IMG/VR virus record: IMGVR_UViG_3300025141_000062
Span: 10,094-74,093 of that record
DNA length: 64,000 bases
Direction: 5' to 3' (one strand)
DNA from: a virus
Below are positions 19,705 through 28,610 of this stretch, piece by piece. Positions within the stretch are counted from its first letter, which is position 1. The number at the start of each line of letters is the position of its first letter. Made by a program: the position numbers and the translations under genes. The notes beneath the pieces are model-generated. The model saw only the letters and a program-made list of their open reading frames with translations, had not been told where the DNA came from and made no database searches.

Positions 19705-20235
19705 ATGCCAACGCACACACAAGCGACTGTGGTAGCAGCAGGCCCATCTGGAGATGGAACACTGGGTCGTAGAAGTGATACAAACCTAAGGGCAGCATTT
19801 TCTAAATCTCCTCTATATAATGAGTACAATGAGTCAATAGTAAACGATATAGGTGTTTCAGCATTGAACGGAAACGGCGGCTCAGGTGATAGCTCAACTG
19901 GCGTCTCTAATGGAATAGTAAATGATGCAGGTCACACATTTGGATCTTTCGATCTAAACTATGGTGATTCTCCAAATGTTCAAGATGTTGAAACGGGCGG
20001 CGGCGGTCTACCATCAACTCCGTATACACCTAATCCAACGTCTCCGGGTCCGGGAAGTGTCTTCCCAAATGATCAAGATGAGTTTACAGGCGAAATACAC
20101 GGACCAGGTGTCGAATTCGGATCTGGCCTCGGTGGTCTTGCAAATCCATCAGAAACAAGGGCTGGAATATCAAGTCAGACTCTAAAGTCGTATATATCAG
20201 GTCGATCTTACGAAGGTTCTGACGGACAGGTGTGA
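19705..20235 (+). CDS. Gly/Pro/Ser-rich hypothetical protein of head module
   Basis: 176 aa; starts 1 nt after previous stop. Confidence 0.6.
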   Translation: MPTHTQATVVAAGPSGDGTLGRRSDTNLRAAFSKSPLYNEYNESIVNDIGVSALNGNGGSGDSSTGVSNGIVNDAGHTFGSFDLNYGDSPNVQDVETGGGGLPSTPYTPNPTSPGPGSVFPNDQDEFTGEIHGPGVEFGSGLGGLANPSETRAGISSQTLKSYISGRSYEGSDGQV

Positions 20236-20236
20236 C

Positions 20237-20917
20237 TTGAAAAAAGGGCTGCCCAGGTTGAGTCTTAAGCGGCTTTTTAATATTAATGAGCAAGGTTTAG
20301 GGGGCCAGCCCTCAACATCGTATACGCCATATGATGGTAGAAAGGGTCACGGATACGGAACACTTGATCCAAAGTTTGACATAACATATAAAAAAGGATC
20401 ATCATATCCGTATACTGACCCTCCTGAAGAATATGATGTTGAAGTTGTTGATGATGCCTTTGAGGGAGATATGTCAACATTAGACAAGTTCGTAAGAATG
20501 ATTAATAGGAACTTTGTTAGAACAGATCCTTCAAATAGAGCTGACAGAAGCTCTTTTGTGTCAAATCAAAGAATAAGACTCCCAGAGATGAGATCGATAT
20601 CTACAAGAAAGGGAGATCCTGAGCATGGGTCGATGTCTCCCATACCATTTAAGACACTATATAAGAATCAAACAGGGCCAGCAATAGGTGCACCTACTCA
20701 GGCAAATCTTTATACAACGGGTCCGTATGGGCCATCTGGGCACAGAACAGGAACACACTACGGAACATCAAGAAAGCCTCTTTTTCTAGGGTCGCAGGAT
20801 ACAGATCCAAGTGATGAAATTATGGCATATACACTTGAAGATATACTTGATCCGAGCGCTGAGCCGCTTAAACCGATCATTAGAGCAAGAATAACAGCTA
20901 AAAATAGTGTGGAATAG
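20237..20917 (+). CDS. Hypothetical protein of head module
   Basis: 226 aa; TTG start immediately after previous stop. Confidence 0.55.
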   Translation: MKKGLPRLSLKRLFNINEQGLGGQPSTSYTPYDGRKGHGYGTLDPKFDITYKKGSSYPYTDPPEEYDVEVVDDAFEGDMSTLDKFVRMINRNFVRTDPSNRADRSSFVSNQRIRLPEMRSISTRKGDPEHGSMSPIPFKTLYKNQTGPAIGAPTQANLYTTGPYGPSGHRTGTHYGTSRKPLFLGSQDTDPSDEIMAYTLEDILDPSAEPLKPIIRARITAKNSVE

Positions 20918-20980
20918 ATTCGATTTATTGAATAATTAATATTGAAAATAGTTAATTTTACTATCAAGGGAAGAACCATA

Positions 20981-22495
20981 ATGTCAAAATCACTCTACGA
21001 AGAAGCAATTGCTGAGGCAAGACAGCTTAGAGAAGTTGCTGAGAAAAATGCAAAAGCAGCTTTAGTTGAAGCAGTTACACCAAAGATAAGACAGTTCATA
21101 GAAGATCAGCTGGTTAGAGACCATACAGACATGAGTGACAAAGATATTCTTGAGGAAGTAGCTTCAGAAGCAATTGGAAATTCCAATAGCGACAGTGTTA
21201 CACTAGATGAGTCCGCCATATACTCATTAATGAGCCTTTTAGGAGGTTCAAAAGAAATATCAGATAGCATGGCAAAGACAATGAAAGATGCTTTAAGTGA
21301 ATCAGTTGATGATTTGTCAAATGAAGAGAGACAAAAGCTAGTATCAATTACTAGAAAGCTTGAACGGCAGGATGGTATTTTACCATCCAGCGGAATAGTT
21401 ATGAATCGAAACAACACCCCTACTATTGAGGAGAGCCAAAACATGGCAAGAACAAATGAAACACTCTACGAGGTAGATATTAATTCTTTAATGACAACTC
21501 TTAGCGAAGGCAAGCACGATAAAGAAGGGCCAGATACTAAGAAAGACCCTGTAGATGAAAATAGCGCAATCATAGCACAGATGCTTGCAGAGCTAGATGA
21601 TGACAAGGATGAGATGTACGATCCCCTTAGTGAATATGACCTCCTTGAGCAGGAAGAAGATCTTATGGATGAACCTCTTGACGAGCCTGTTGGCGATCTT
21701 CCTGCAGATGAACCTGCTGGGGGTGAAGCGGATGCTGATGTTGTTGCTGCTGCAGAGACAATTGAAGCTGGGCTAGACGATCTTCTTGCTGCCCTAGGGA
21801 TGGAAGGAGGCGAAGAGCTTCCGATGGGTGAGGAACTACCCCCACTCGAAGAGCTACCTCCAGATGAAGGGGGAGATGAAGAACCTCTTGCAGAGGTTCT
21901 TGATGTAGATATTAATATGCTTAGATCTGAGATTAAGAGAATGAGACGACTTGCAGAGGAGGCAGCTCCAGGTGCTGGGTCTACAGATCCAAAGGCTAAA
22001 GACTACGGCGGCGGAAAGGTTGAGAGAGAGCTTTTTGTCGACAGTGAAGATAAACACCTTAATGTTCAAGCAGAGAACAGAAAACTGCGAAATGCATATA
22101 CAAAACAGGGGCGCACGAATCGATCCCTGGCTGCTAAGCTCGATGAATACAGAAGTGCCGTTCATTCACTTCGTGAGCAACTTACAGAGATGAATCTATT
22201 TAATGCAAAGCTTCTTTATGTTAATAAGCTTATGCAAAATGGTGAAGTTTCTTCAGCGCAGCGTCGTTCAATAATAGAGGCTCTCGATAGTGCGAAGAGT
22301 CTTCGTGAAGTTAAGCTTCTATACAAGACCTTAACAGAATCTATCGGGAATCGAAAGAAAGGAAGAACGCTGACTGAATCAGCGGTTCGGAGAAATCTTG
22401 GTTCCGCATCCCGCACTACAACAAGGTCATCAACACCACATTCGGGTGCTGCTGAGCTAGACCGTTGGGCTAAGCTCGCGGGAATAAACAAATAA
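20981..22495 (+). CDS. Prohead core/scaffolding protein (gp22-like position)
   Basis: Immediately upstream of MCP; acidic low-complexity middle and coiled-coil C-terminus (EMNLFNAKLLYVNKL...RWAKLAGI); ATG 20981 preferred; ATANTTA at 20932 and 20948. Confidence 0.75.
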   Translation: MSKSLYEEAIAEARQLREVAEKNAKAALVEAVTPKIRQFIEDQLVRDHTDMSDKDILEEVASEAIGNSNSDSVTLDESAIYSLMSLLGGSKEISDSMAKTMKDALSESVDDLSNEERQKLVSITRKLERQDGILPSSGIVMNRNNTPTIEESQNMARTNETLYEVDINSLMTTLSEGKHDKEGPDTKKDPVDENSAIIAQMLAELDDDKDEMYDPLSEYDLLEQEEDLMDEPLDEPVGDLPADEPAGGEADADVVAAAETIEAGLDDLLAALGMEGGEELPMGEELPPLEELPPDEGGDEEPLAEVLDVDINMLRSEIKRMRRLAEEAAPGAGSTDPKAKDYGGGKVERELFVDSEDKHLNVQAENRKLRNAYTKQGRTNRSLAAKLDEYRSAVHSLREQLTEMNLFNAKLLYVNKLMQNGEVSSAQRRSIIEALDSAKSLREVKLLYKTLTESIGNRKKGRTLTESAVRRNLGSASRTTTRSSTPHSGAAELDRWAKLAGINK

Positions 22496-22525
22496 TACTC
22501 AATTCATCAAACTTAGGAGAAAAAA

Positions 22526-24454
22526 ATGAGTAAGTCTTTTACGTTAAGCCAATTAACAGAAGGAATACGTCAACGTCACCTGGGTGCACACAACAAGCGT
22601 CTCGTTGAGAAGTGGTCACGTACCGGTCTTCTTAGAGGGCTTGATGGCCAGCATCGAGAGAACATGGCAGGCCTTCTTGAAAATCAGGCTGCACAGCTTC
22701 TTAGAGAAGCTAACTCTGTTGGAACAGGAGCCGGTGCAGGTACCGCCTCTGGAGACCTTCAGGGATTCACAAATATCGCGTTTCCAATCGTCCGTCGTGT
22801 TTTCGGTGGCTTGGTTGCAAATGAGCTAGTTTCAATTCAGCCAATGAGCCTTCCTTCCGGACTGCTATTCTATCTGGATTACACATATGGCTCAAGGGTC
22901 GGTGGTGACACAAACCTTGCCACAGGCGCTGCAGGAGCAGCTGATGCTCAGACCTATAAGATGGGTCAGTCAATCTATAACAACCCAGCAGGAAAGGGAG
23001 TACGCTCCGGATCACTTGCAGCAGGTGGGCAGTATGACCTTGTCGGAACTTCATTCTCCAAGGTTCACACATCCTCAGCCTCGATTACTGTTAAGGCTTC
23101 AGGTTCGTTTGGTGCTAACTCAACTCTTGGACAGGCTACTACCGCACACGCGACAGGTTCTGATGGAAAGCTACTTCAGTTTGACCCACAGATCACATCG
23201 CTTATTGAAGATGATCCCTCCAGAGATGGTCTAGGAACATTCCAGTTCGTTCTGTTTAATCTAAGCTCGCTTCCAGCAAGCACAGATCTTACAATGTACA
23301 AGGAAATTTCAATATTCAGTGCTGTTCCAGGCGCAGCAGCTCCATCAACAGCTAATAACGTTGGATATGGCGCAATTCCAGAGTCGATTCAGGGAGGAAA
23401 GAACATCCTCAACGTACGTCGTCTAAATCAGCTTGGAACTTGGGTTGGAGATACATTCACTTCAGATCCATTTGCAACCAGAAGCACAAGTAATGGTGTA
23501 CTTCTAACAGTAGTATCTGGAACAAGAGGCCGAGGAGGTGGCGCTGCCACACTTAACCTTACAGCTTCTGTTGTTATATCACCAACGCTTAGTGTTGAAA
23601 GCGACGGTTCAGCTCTAACGATTCCATCGTTTGAGTCCAACTTTAGCACATCTTCACCTTCACCGATCATCCCAGAGATCGACATCAAGATCGAGTCAAT
23701 CGCTGTTACAGCGGTAACCCGTAAGCTCCGTGCTCGCTGGTCACCAGAACTCGCTCAGGACCTGAACGCTTATCACAGCTTGGATGCTGAGGTTGAGCTT
23801 ACACAGATCCTATCCGAGCAGATTGCTCTTGAGATTGACAGAGAGATCCTAAATGATCTGCTATCTGAAGCAGCTGGTGCTAACTACTACTGGTCACGTA
23901 TGCCTGGTAAGTTTGTTAACAAGACAAACGGAACTGTTCAGGATAAGGCAAGCACACTGTCTGCTGGTCCCCAGTTCACAGGTACTGTCCGTGAGTGGTA
24001 CGAGACGCTTGTTGAGACAATTATTGATGTTGCAAATGAGATTCACAGGAAGACACTCCGTGGCTCAGCTAACTTCATCGTAACCTCACCAGATGTTGCT
24101 ACAATCTTCGAGGCATCAGTTCTTTACAAGCCGAACCTCAAGATTGACGGAGATGGACAGGTCGGTGCTCCATTCCAGCTTGGTGCTGCCAATATCGGCT
24201 CTCTAAGCAACCGATTCACGGTTTACAAGGATCCATATTTCCCACGGAATAAGGTTCTTGTTGGATACAAGGGTGGAAGCTATCTTGAAACAGGATATGT
24301 TTACGCTCCATATGTCCCGCTGATCGTTACACCTACTATCTTCCAGCCGGAAGACTTCACACCCCGTAAGGGAGTTATGACTCGCTACGGTAAGAAGATG
24401 GTTAGAGGTGACTTCTACGGTACAGTTACAGTTATGGATCTAAACGTCATATGA
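22526..24454 (+). CDS. Major capsid protein (T4 gp23-like)
   Basis: LLENQ, FPIVRRVF, VSIQPMSLPSGLLFYLD, TRKLRARWSPELAQDLNAYHSLDAEVEL, GYVYAPYVPL, FTPRKGVMTRYG; SD AGGAG. Confidence 0.96.
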   Translation: MSKSFTLSQLTEGIRQRHLGAHNKRLVEKWSRTGLLRGLDGQHRENMAGLLENQAAQLLREANSVGTGAGAGTASGDLQGFTNIAFPIVRRVFGGLVANELVSIQPMSLPSGLLFYLDYTYGSRVGGDTNLATGAAGAADAQTYKMGQSIYNNPAGKGVRSGSLAAGGQYDLVGTSFSKVHTSSASITVKASGSFGANSTLGQATTAHATGSDGKLLQFDPQITSLIEDDPSRDGLGTFQFVLFNLSSLPASTDLTMYKEISIFSAVPGAAAPSTANNVGYGAIPESIQGGKNILNVRRLNQLGTWVGDTFTSDPFATRSTSNGVLLTVVSGTRGRGGGAATLNLTASVVISPTLSVESDGSALTIPSFESNFSTSSPSPIIPEIDIKIESIAVTAVTRKLRARWSPELAQDLNAYHSLDAEVELTQILSEQIALEIDREILNDLLSEAAGANYYWSRMPGKFVNKTNGTVQDKASTLSAGPQFTGTVREWYETLVETIIDVANEIHRKTLRGSANFIVTSPDVATIFEASVLYKPNLKIDGDGQVGAPFQLGAANIGSLSNRFTVYKDPYFPRNKVLVGYKGGSYLETGYVYAPYVPLIVTPTIFQPEDFTPRKGVMTRYGKKMVRGDFYGTVTVMDLNVI

Positions 24455-24475
24455 TGTAAGATTTACATTGATCTC

Positions 24476-24507
24476 AAAGGGGCGGCTTTTTAGCCGTCCC
24501 TTTTTTT
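24476..24507 (+). terminator. Rho-independent terminator after MCP
   Basis: AAAGGGGCGGCT-loop-AGCCGTCCCTTT stem followed by T7. Confidence 0.85.
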
Positions 24508-24541
24508 ATTAACTGATTGAATCAGTTGGTTATTATCTAAT

Positions 24542-25420
24542 ATGATAATTTCACACAAGAATAGATTTGTATTTTTTAAACCTATGAAAGTTGCAGGATC
24601 AAGCTTAGAGGTTGCTTTAAGCAGATTTTGCGGAAAAGATGATATATTAACTGGTACAAATCACATAGCAGAAAATCTATCTAGTGAATATGAATATCCA
24701 GCTAGAAATAATATGATATCACAAAATCTGAAACGAGATGCTGCAATTGAGGCTATGAGGGCATCTGGAAATATCGACAAAGTCACAAAAGAAATGATTG
24801 ATGAAGGATTTATTGTACGCTTCCTAGAGCCAAGGTTTCATATGCACGCAACTCCGTTACAGGTTCAGCTATCAGAAGACATAGACACATCAAGCTATAG
24901 GCAGATAACAATAATAAGAAACCCCTGGGATATGATTGTTTCATTTTTTTGGTGGTCTTTCTATACTCTTCCAAACGGATATGTTGATAAAAATGGAAAC
25001 GTATATAAGAAAGATCAAGCATATAGGCTTTCACCGGCTAGAAATCCAGATATTTCACCAACAGAGAATGACACCATATCAGAACTTAGACTAAAGTTTG
25101 AGATATTTTGTCAAATGTCTGCTGATATGATAGGTCCATACGGATTAGAGAAAAATGTCAAAGTTGTTGACTGGTTTATTAATAGAAATTTAGAATACTA
25201 CGCCGATAGCATAGATCATATTTTAAGATTTGAATCAATTCAAGATGACTACAATGCTCTCTGCAAAGACCTGTCTCTAGATTCTTCACCACTCCCAAGA
25301 CTTAAGACATCTCAGAGAAAATTAAAGACACCCTATAGAGAATATTTTAATGACTGGACATACAATTACATAGAAAGCAGAGTTAGCCAGTGGAAAGAAA
25401 AATTTAAATATTCTTTCTAA
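24542..25420 (+). CDS. Sulfotransferase family protein (Sulfotransfer_2-like)
   Basis: MIISHKNRFVFFKPMKVAGSSLE (5'-PSB loop), IIRNPWDMIVSFFWW (3'-PB motif), ILRFESIQDD. Confidence 0.8.
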   Translation: MIISHKNRFVFFKPMKVAGSSLEVALSRFCGKDDILTGTNHIAENLSSEYEYPARNNMISQNLKRDAAIEAMRASGNIDKVTKEMIDEGFIVRFLEPRFHMHATPLQVQLSEDIDTSSYRQITIIRNPWDMIVSFFWWSFYTLPNGYVDKNGNVYKKDQAYRLSPARNPDISPTENDTISELRLKFEIFCQMSADMIGPYGLEKNVKVVDWFINRNLEYYADSIDHILRFESIQDDYNALCKDLSLDSSPLPRLKTSQRKLKTPYREYFNDWTYNYIESRVSQWKEKFKYSF

Positions 25421-25438
25421 CTTAGTGACTTGATAAGA

Positions 25439-25445
25439 ATACTTA
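25439..25445 (+). promoter_or_regulatory. Putative late promoter motif ATANTTA
   Basis: ATACTTA directly before a GC-rich leader. Confidence 0.55.
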
Positions 25446-25449
25446 CTGA

Positions 25450-25510
25450 TAAGCCCGGCACCTAGCATAAAGGCGACCCCACCGTCGTGTCGGAAGCATG
25501 TGGACTTAAC
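25450..25510 (+). ncRNA. Candidate structured 5'-leader RNA
   Basis: GC-rich island; CCGGCAC(25455-61) pairs GTGTCGG(25487-93); short internal hairpins; possible pseudoknot to ATGTGG(25498-503). Confidence 0.4.
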
Positions 25511-25532
25511 ACCTATTAAAAGGGAGAAAATT

Positions 25533-25913
25533 ATGCCAAAAATGACCTATACAACCGCTAAGGGCTTAGTTCAATCAGGAGGATCTGGTGCTCCAAATAT
25601 GTACTGGATGAAGCCAGGAAGCACAACTGCTTCAGGTGCTGGTGCAATTCCAGTCACACATGCATATGTTGCTGCCACAGCCGGCGGTGCCGTTGCCTGG
25701 ACTCTTGCCGATGGCGACCCCGGTCAGGTTCTACAAATTTATTCAGTAGATGCAAACACCGGAACACTTACACCTACAACTGCGACGGGTTGGGCAACAA
25801 TCGTATTTACCGACGCGGGTGACCGTGCTGTGCTTCAATTTATTGATGGTACTATTGGGTGGATAATTCTCGGTCTTTCAGGAGTTGCAGCTCCACCTGT
25901 TACTACAGTTTAA
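25533..25913 (+). CDS. Small Ala/Gly/Thr-rich virion protein (candidate capsid decoration protein)
   Basis: SD GGGAG then ATG 25533 (MPKMTYTTAKGLVQ); own promoter motif and terminator; beta-rich. Confidence 0.55.
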   Translation: MPKMTYTTAKGLVQSGGSGAPNMYWMKPGSTTASGAGAIPVTHAYVAATAGGAVAWTLADGDPGQVLQIYSVDANTGTLTPTTATGWATIVFTDAGDRAVLQFIDGTIGWIILGLSGVAAPPVTTV

Positions 25914-25959
25914 TTCATACCGTTAAGATAGACATCTATCTTATAAGAGTAGACAGCTT

Positions 25960-25989
25960 AAAGCCCGCACTATGTGCGGGCTTTTCTTT
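25960..25989 (+). terminator. Rho-independent terminator
   Basis: AAAGCCCGCAC-TAT-GTGCGGGCTTT then TCTTT. Confidence 0.85.
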
Positions 25990-26048
25990 ATTTCAAAAAA
26001 TAAGATATTTTATTAAATATTTATAATGTGATACTATGGTAAGTTATC

Positions 26049-27281
26049 ATGGCAAGTACAATGAGAACTGTAAGAAAAAATTACAGTAAGCAAAAAAATG
26101 TTAAAAATACAAATTCTCAATTCTACGCTGACGAAGAAGTTAGCAATGATGATGAGAGCGGTGATAAAGTGAAACCAGTAGATAAAAAAGAAAAAACAGA
26201 GAATGCAAAAAAGGAGACAGAAAAAATAATGTCCAATTCTAATGATGATTTTGATTTTGTAGCAGATTATGATGAACCAGTAGAGAGTGGTGGCGATAAG
26301 CTTTTACCAGAAAATGAGGCACAATCCTCAATATCTGTAGGCTTTGTAGGTGTCGGCGGAGGCGGTGGAAAGCTAGCGAAGGCATTTATAGACATAGGGT
26401 TTAAAAAGACACTAGTCGTAAACACAACAGAAAAAGATCTACCTGCTGGAATAGACAAGGAACATTTTCTTCTTCTACCTGGCGCAGATGGTGTGGGTAA
26501 AAATGTCAAGCTAGGAAAGAAAATATTGACAGAAAATAGTGCATTTCTTGAAGACTTTTTAAGAACAAGGCTGGGAAAAGTTGACTGGCTCTTTGTCCTT
26601 GCTGGTGGCGGAGGAGGAACAGGAAGCTCTTGCTGCGCACTAGACGGAAGTCTTAATAGATATCTAAAGTCTACATCTGCATCTGGCAAGGTTGTATATA
26701 TCGTTACAGCACCAACAGCTCAGGAGCTTTTAAATCCAACTATTGAGGAAAACTACAAGCTTCTAAGAGAAGATGTCTCAGATAAGCCTCATATCATAAT
26801 TGATAATGAAAGACAGCTACAGCTTCTTAGAGGAAAGGTTGGAATGCTTGGTCTATATCCAGCAGCAAATAAGAACTTTGCAAAGCTAATTGGTCAGATA
26901 TTAAAGCTTTCTAACGAGCCATCACCAATTCAGACTTTTGATTCAAAGGATCTTGAGAGATGTCTAAGTACACAGGGGAGAATGTTTCTAGGGACAACAG
27001 TGATAAGAGATCCAAGTGATCCGAACCTTGGATCGCTCATATATCAGAACTGCCTTAGCAAATCACCATGTCCAGCCCCTACTGGCCGAGCACAGACAGG
27101 CGTGCTACTTCTTGTCGTTACATCTGAAATGGCTTCTGATCCAGCCCTAAGCAACCAATTAGAGGCAGCAATATCTTACGTGGGAGGAAGAACATCAGCC
27201 CTATTTTCAGGAGTCTATGTTAGAGAGGGTCTTCCCGGATTGATAGCAATATCAGCATTGGGTGGAATTGAAGAAAAATAA
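26049..27281 (+). CDS. Tubulin/FtsZ-family GTPase
   Basis: GFVGVGGGGGKLA (T1), VVNT, GADGVGK, signature AGGGGGTGS (T4), IIIDN, FDSKDL (T7-like); possible alternative start ATG 26229. Confidence 0.88.
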   Translation: MASTMRTVRKNYSKQKNVKNTNSQFYADEEVSNDDESGDKVKPVDKKEKTENAKKETEKIMSNSNDDFDFVADYDEPVESGGDKLLPENEAQSSISVGFVGVGGGGGKLAKAFIDIGFKKTLVVNTTEKDLPAGIDKEHFLLLPGADGVGKNVKLGKKILTENSAFLEDFLRTRLGKVDWLFVLAGGGGGTGSSCCALDGSLNRYLKSTSASGKVVYIVTAPTAQELLNPTIEENYKLLREDVSDKPHIIIDNERQLQLLRGKVGMLGLYPAANKNFAKLIGQILKLSNEPSPIQTFDSKDLERCLSTQGRMFLGTTVIRDPSDPNLGSLIYQNCLSKSPCPAPTGRAQTGVLLLVVTSEMASDPALSNQLEAAISYVGGRTSALFSGVYVREGLPGLIAISALGGIEEK

Positions 27282-27393
27282 TTTAAAGTAATTTATTTTT
27301 TAAATTAAATTCTATCTTTTATTATGGGACATTTTTTGATTCTATGCTGCATTTTTGCGATTGACATCATTATTTATTCTCTAGTCTAAGTAC

Positions 27394-27410
27394 ATACTTA
27401 TTGATAGTTA
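27394..27410 (+). promoter_or_regulatory. Tandem putative late promoter motifs
   Basis: ATACTTA 27394 and ATAGTTA 27404 before the neck gene. Confidence 0.5.
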
Positions 27411-27431
27411 TTCTTCTAGAAGGAACTGTCA

Positions 27432-28607
27432 ATGGCAACTTTTTCAAATACAACTAGTCCTACACCGTTTGGATTTTTTGACGACGATACAGATTTTCAG
27501 CTCGAGGCTGACAATATAGTAACATTTGTCAAGAGAAAGATGGGTGATGATATCCTTAGTGTCGAGCTTACTAAGAAGCAGATCTGGGGAAACCTTGAAG
27601 AGTCCTGTCTCGAATATGGGTCAATTTTAAATCAGTATCAAGCTAAGTCACAGCTCATTCAATTTTTAGGAATGCCAACAGGAAGCCACCTTTCAGGATC
27701 AGAGCAGAAGTACCCTAGAGAGAATCTGGAGTATCTCATAAGATTTGCTGAACCATATGCTATGGAAGCAGGCGTCGGAGGATCCTATAATACAATATCG
27801 GGATCTATTCAGCTAGTTAAAGATCAGCAAGACTATGATATATACACAGATTTAAAAGACTCGCACGGAGGAATATTATTTCAGTCTGGAAGTAATTCTT
27901 CACCCAAGACAAAGCTTAAGATAAGCGAGGTCTTTCACTTTGGCCCAGAGGCTGCATATAGATTTTTTGATACAACTAGTGCAATTAACTATCTTAATAA
28001 TGAGTTCAGCTTTGAGTCATTCACACCAGAGACTATATTCTATGTTCTTCCAGTCTTTGAAGATATACTAAGAGCAGGCCAGTTAGACTTATCAAACAGG
28101 GTTAGACGATCTAACTATTCATATAAGATTCAAGGTACAAAAATAAGGATATATCCGAAACCATCTACCTCTGACCCTAAAAAGCTATTTATAAGAATTA
28201 TGTTTAGACCAGACCCACTCAATCCTGCGTATGAAGATGATACAATTCATGGTGTTTCCAATCTTTCAAATATTCCGTTTGGAAATCTGATATACGCTAG
28301 GATTAACAGCATAGGAAGACAGTGGATTAGACAGTATTCACTTGCACTAAGTAGAGAGCAGCTAGGGTTGATTAGGTCTAAATTTGGAAACATTCCTGTT
28401 CCGGGGTCTGATGTCACATTAAACGGATCAGACCTAATAACACAGGGAAGGGCAGATAGGGATGCACTTGTTACGCAGCTAAAGGAAATGCTTGACACGC
28501 TGACATATGATAAAATTATGGAGAATGCTGCTACACGCGCAGAATCTGTTCAAAAACAGCTTAGATTTTCACCAATGCCAAATGGCTTTACAATCTTTAT
28601 GGGATAA
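27432..28607 (+). CDS. Neck protein (T4 gp13-like)
   Basis: KRKMG..ILSVELT..Q, WIRQYSLALSREQLGLIRSKF..PG..VTLNG. Confidence 0.8.
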   Translation: MATFSNTTSPTPFGFFDDDTDFQLEADNIVTFVKRKMGDDILSVELTKKQIWGNLEESCLEYGSILNQYQAKSQLIQFLGMPTGSHLSGSEQKYPRENLEYLIRFAEPYAMEAGVGGSYNTISGSIQLVKDQQDYDIYTDLKDSHGGILFQSGSNSSPKTKLKISEVFHFGPEAAYRFFDTTSAINYLNNEFSFESFTPETIFYVLPVFEDILRAGQLDLSNRVRRSNYSYKIQGTKIRIYPKPSTSDPKKLFIRIMFRPDPLNPAYEDDTIHGVSNLSNIPFGNLIYARINSIGRQWIRQYSLALSREQLGLIRSKFGNIPVPGSDVTLNGSDLITQGRADRDALVTQLKEMLDTLTYDKIMENAATRAESVQKQLRFSPMPNGFTIFMG

Positions 28608-28610
28608 AAG

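Noticed and set aside
25446-25532. Assignment of the leader to SAM-II/V, c-di-GMP, ZTP riboswitches or twister/pistol ribozymes
   Set aside because: Their conserved core nucleotides could not be matched by eye; kept only as an unclassified candidate
25924-25943. Inverted repeat TAAGATAG-ACAT-CTATCTTA
   Set aside because: AT-rich hairpin just before a clear terminator; no independent evidence of function
27282-27390. Very AT-rich gap with imperfect inverted repeats as a possible replication origin
   Set aside because: No iterons or other support; could be a terminator/promoter region
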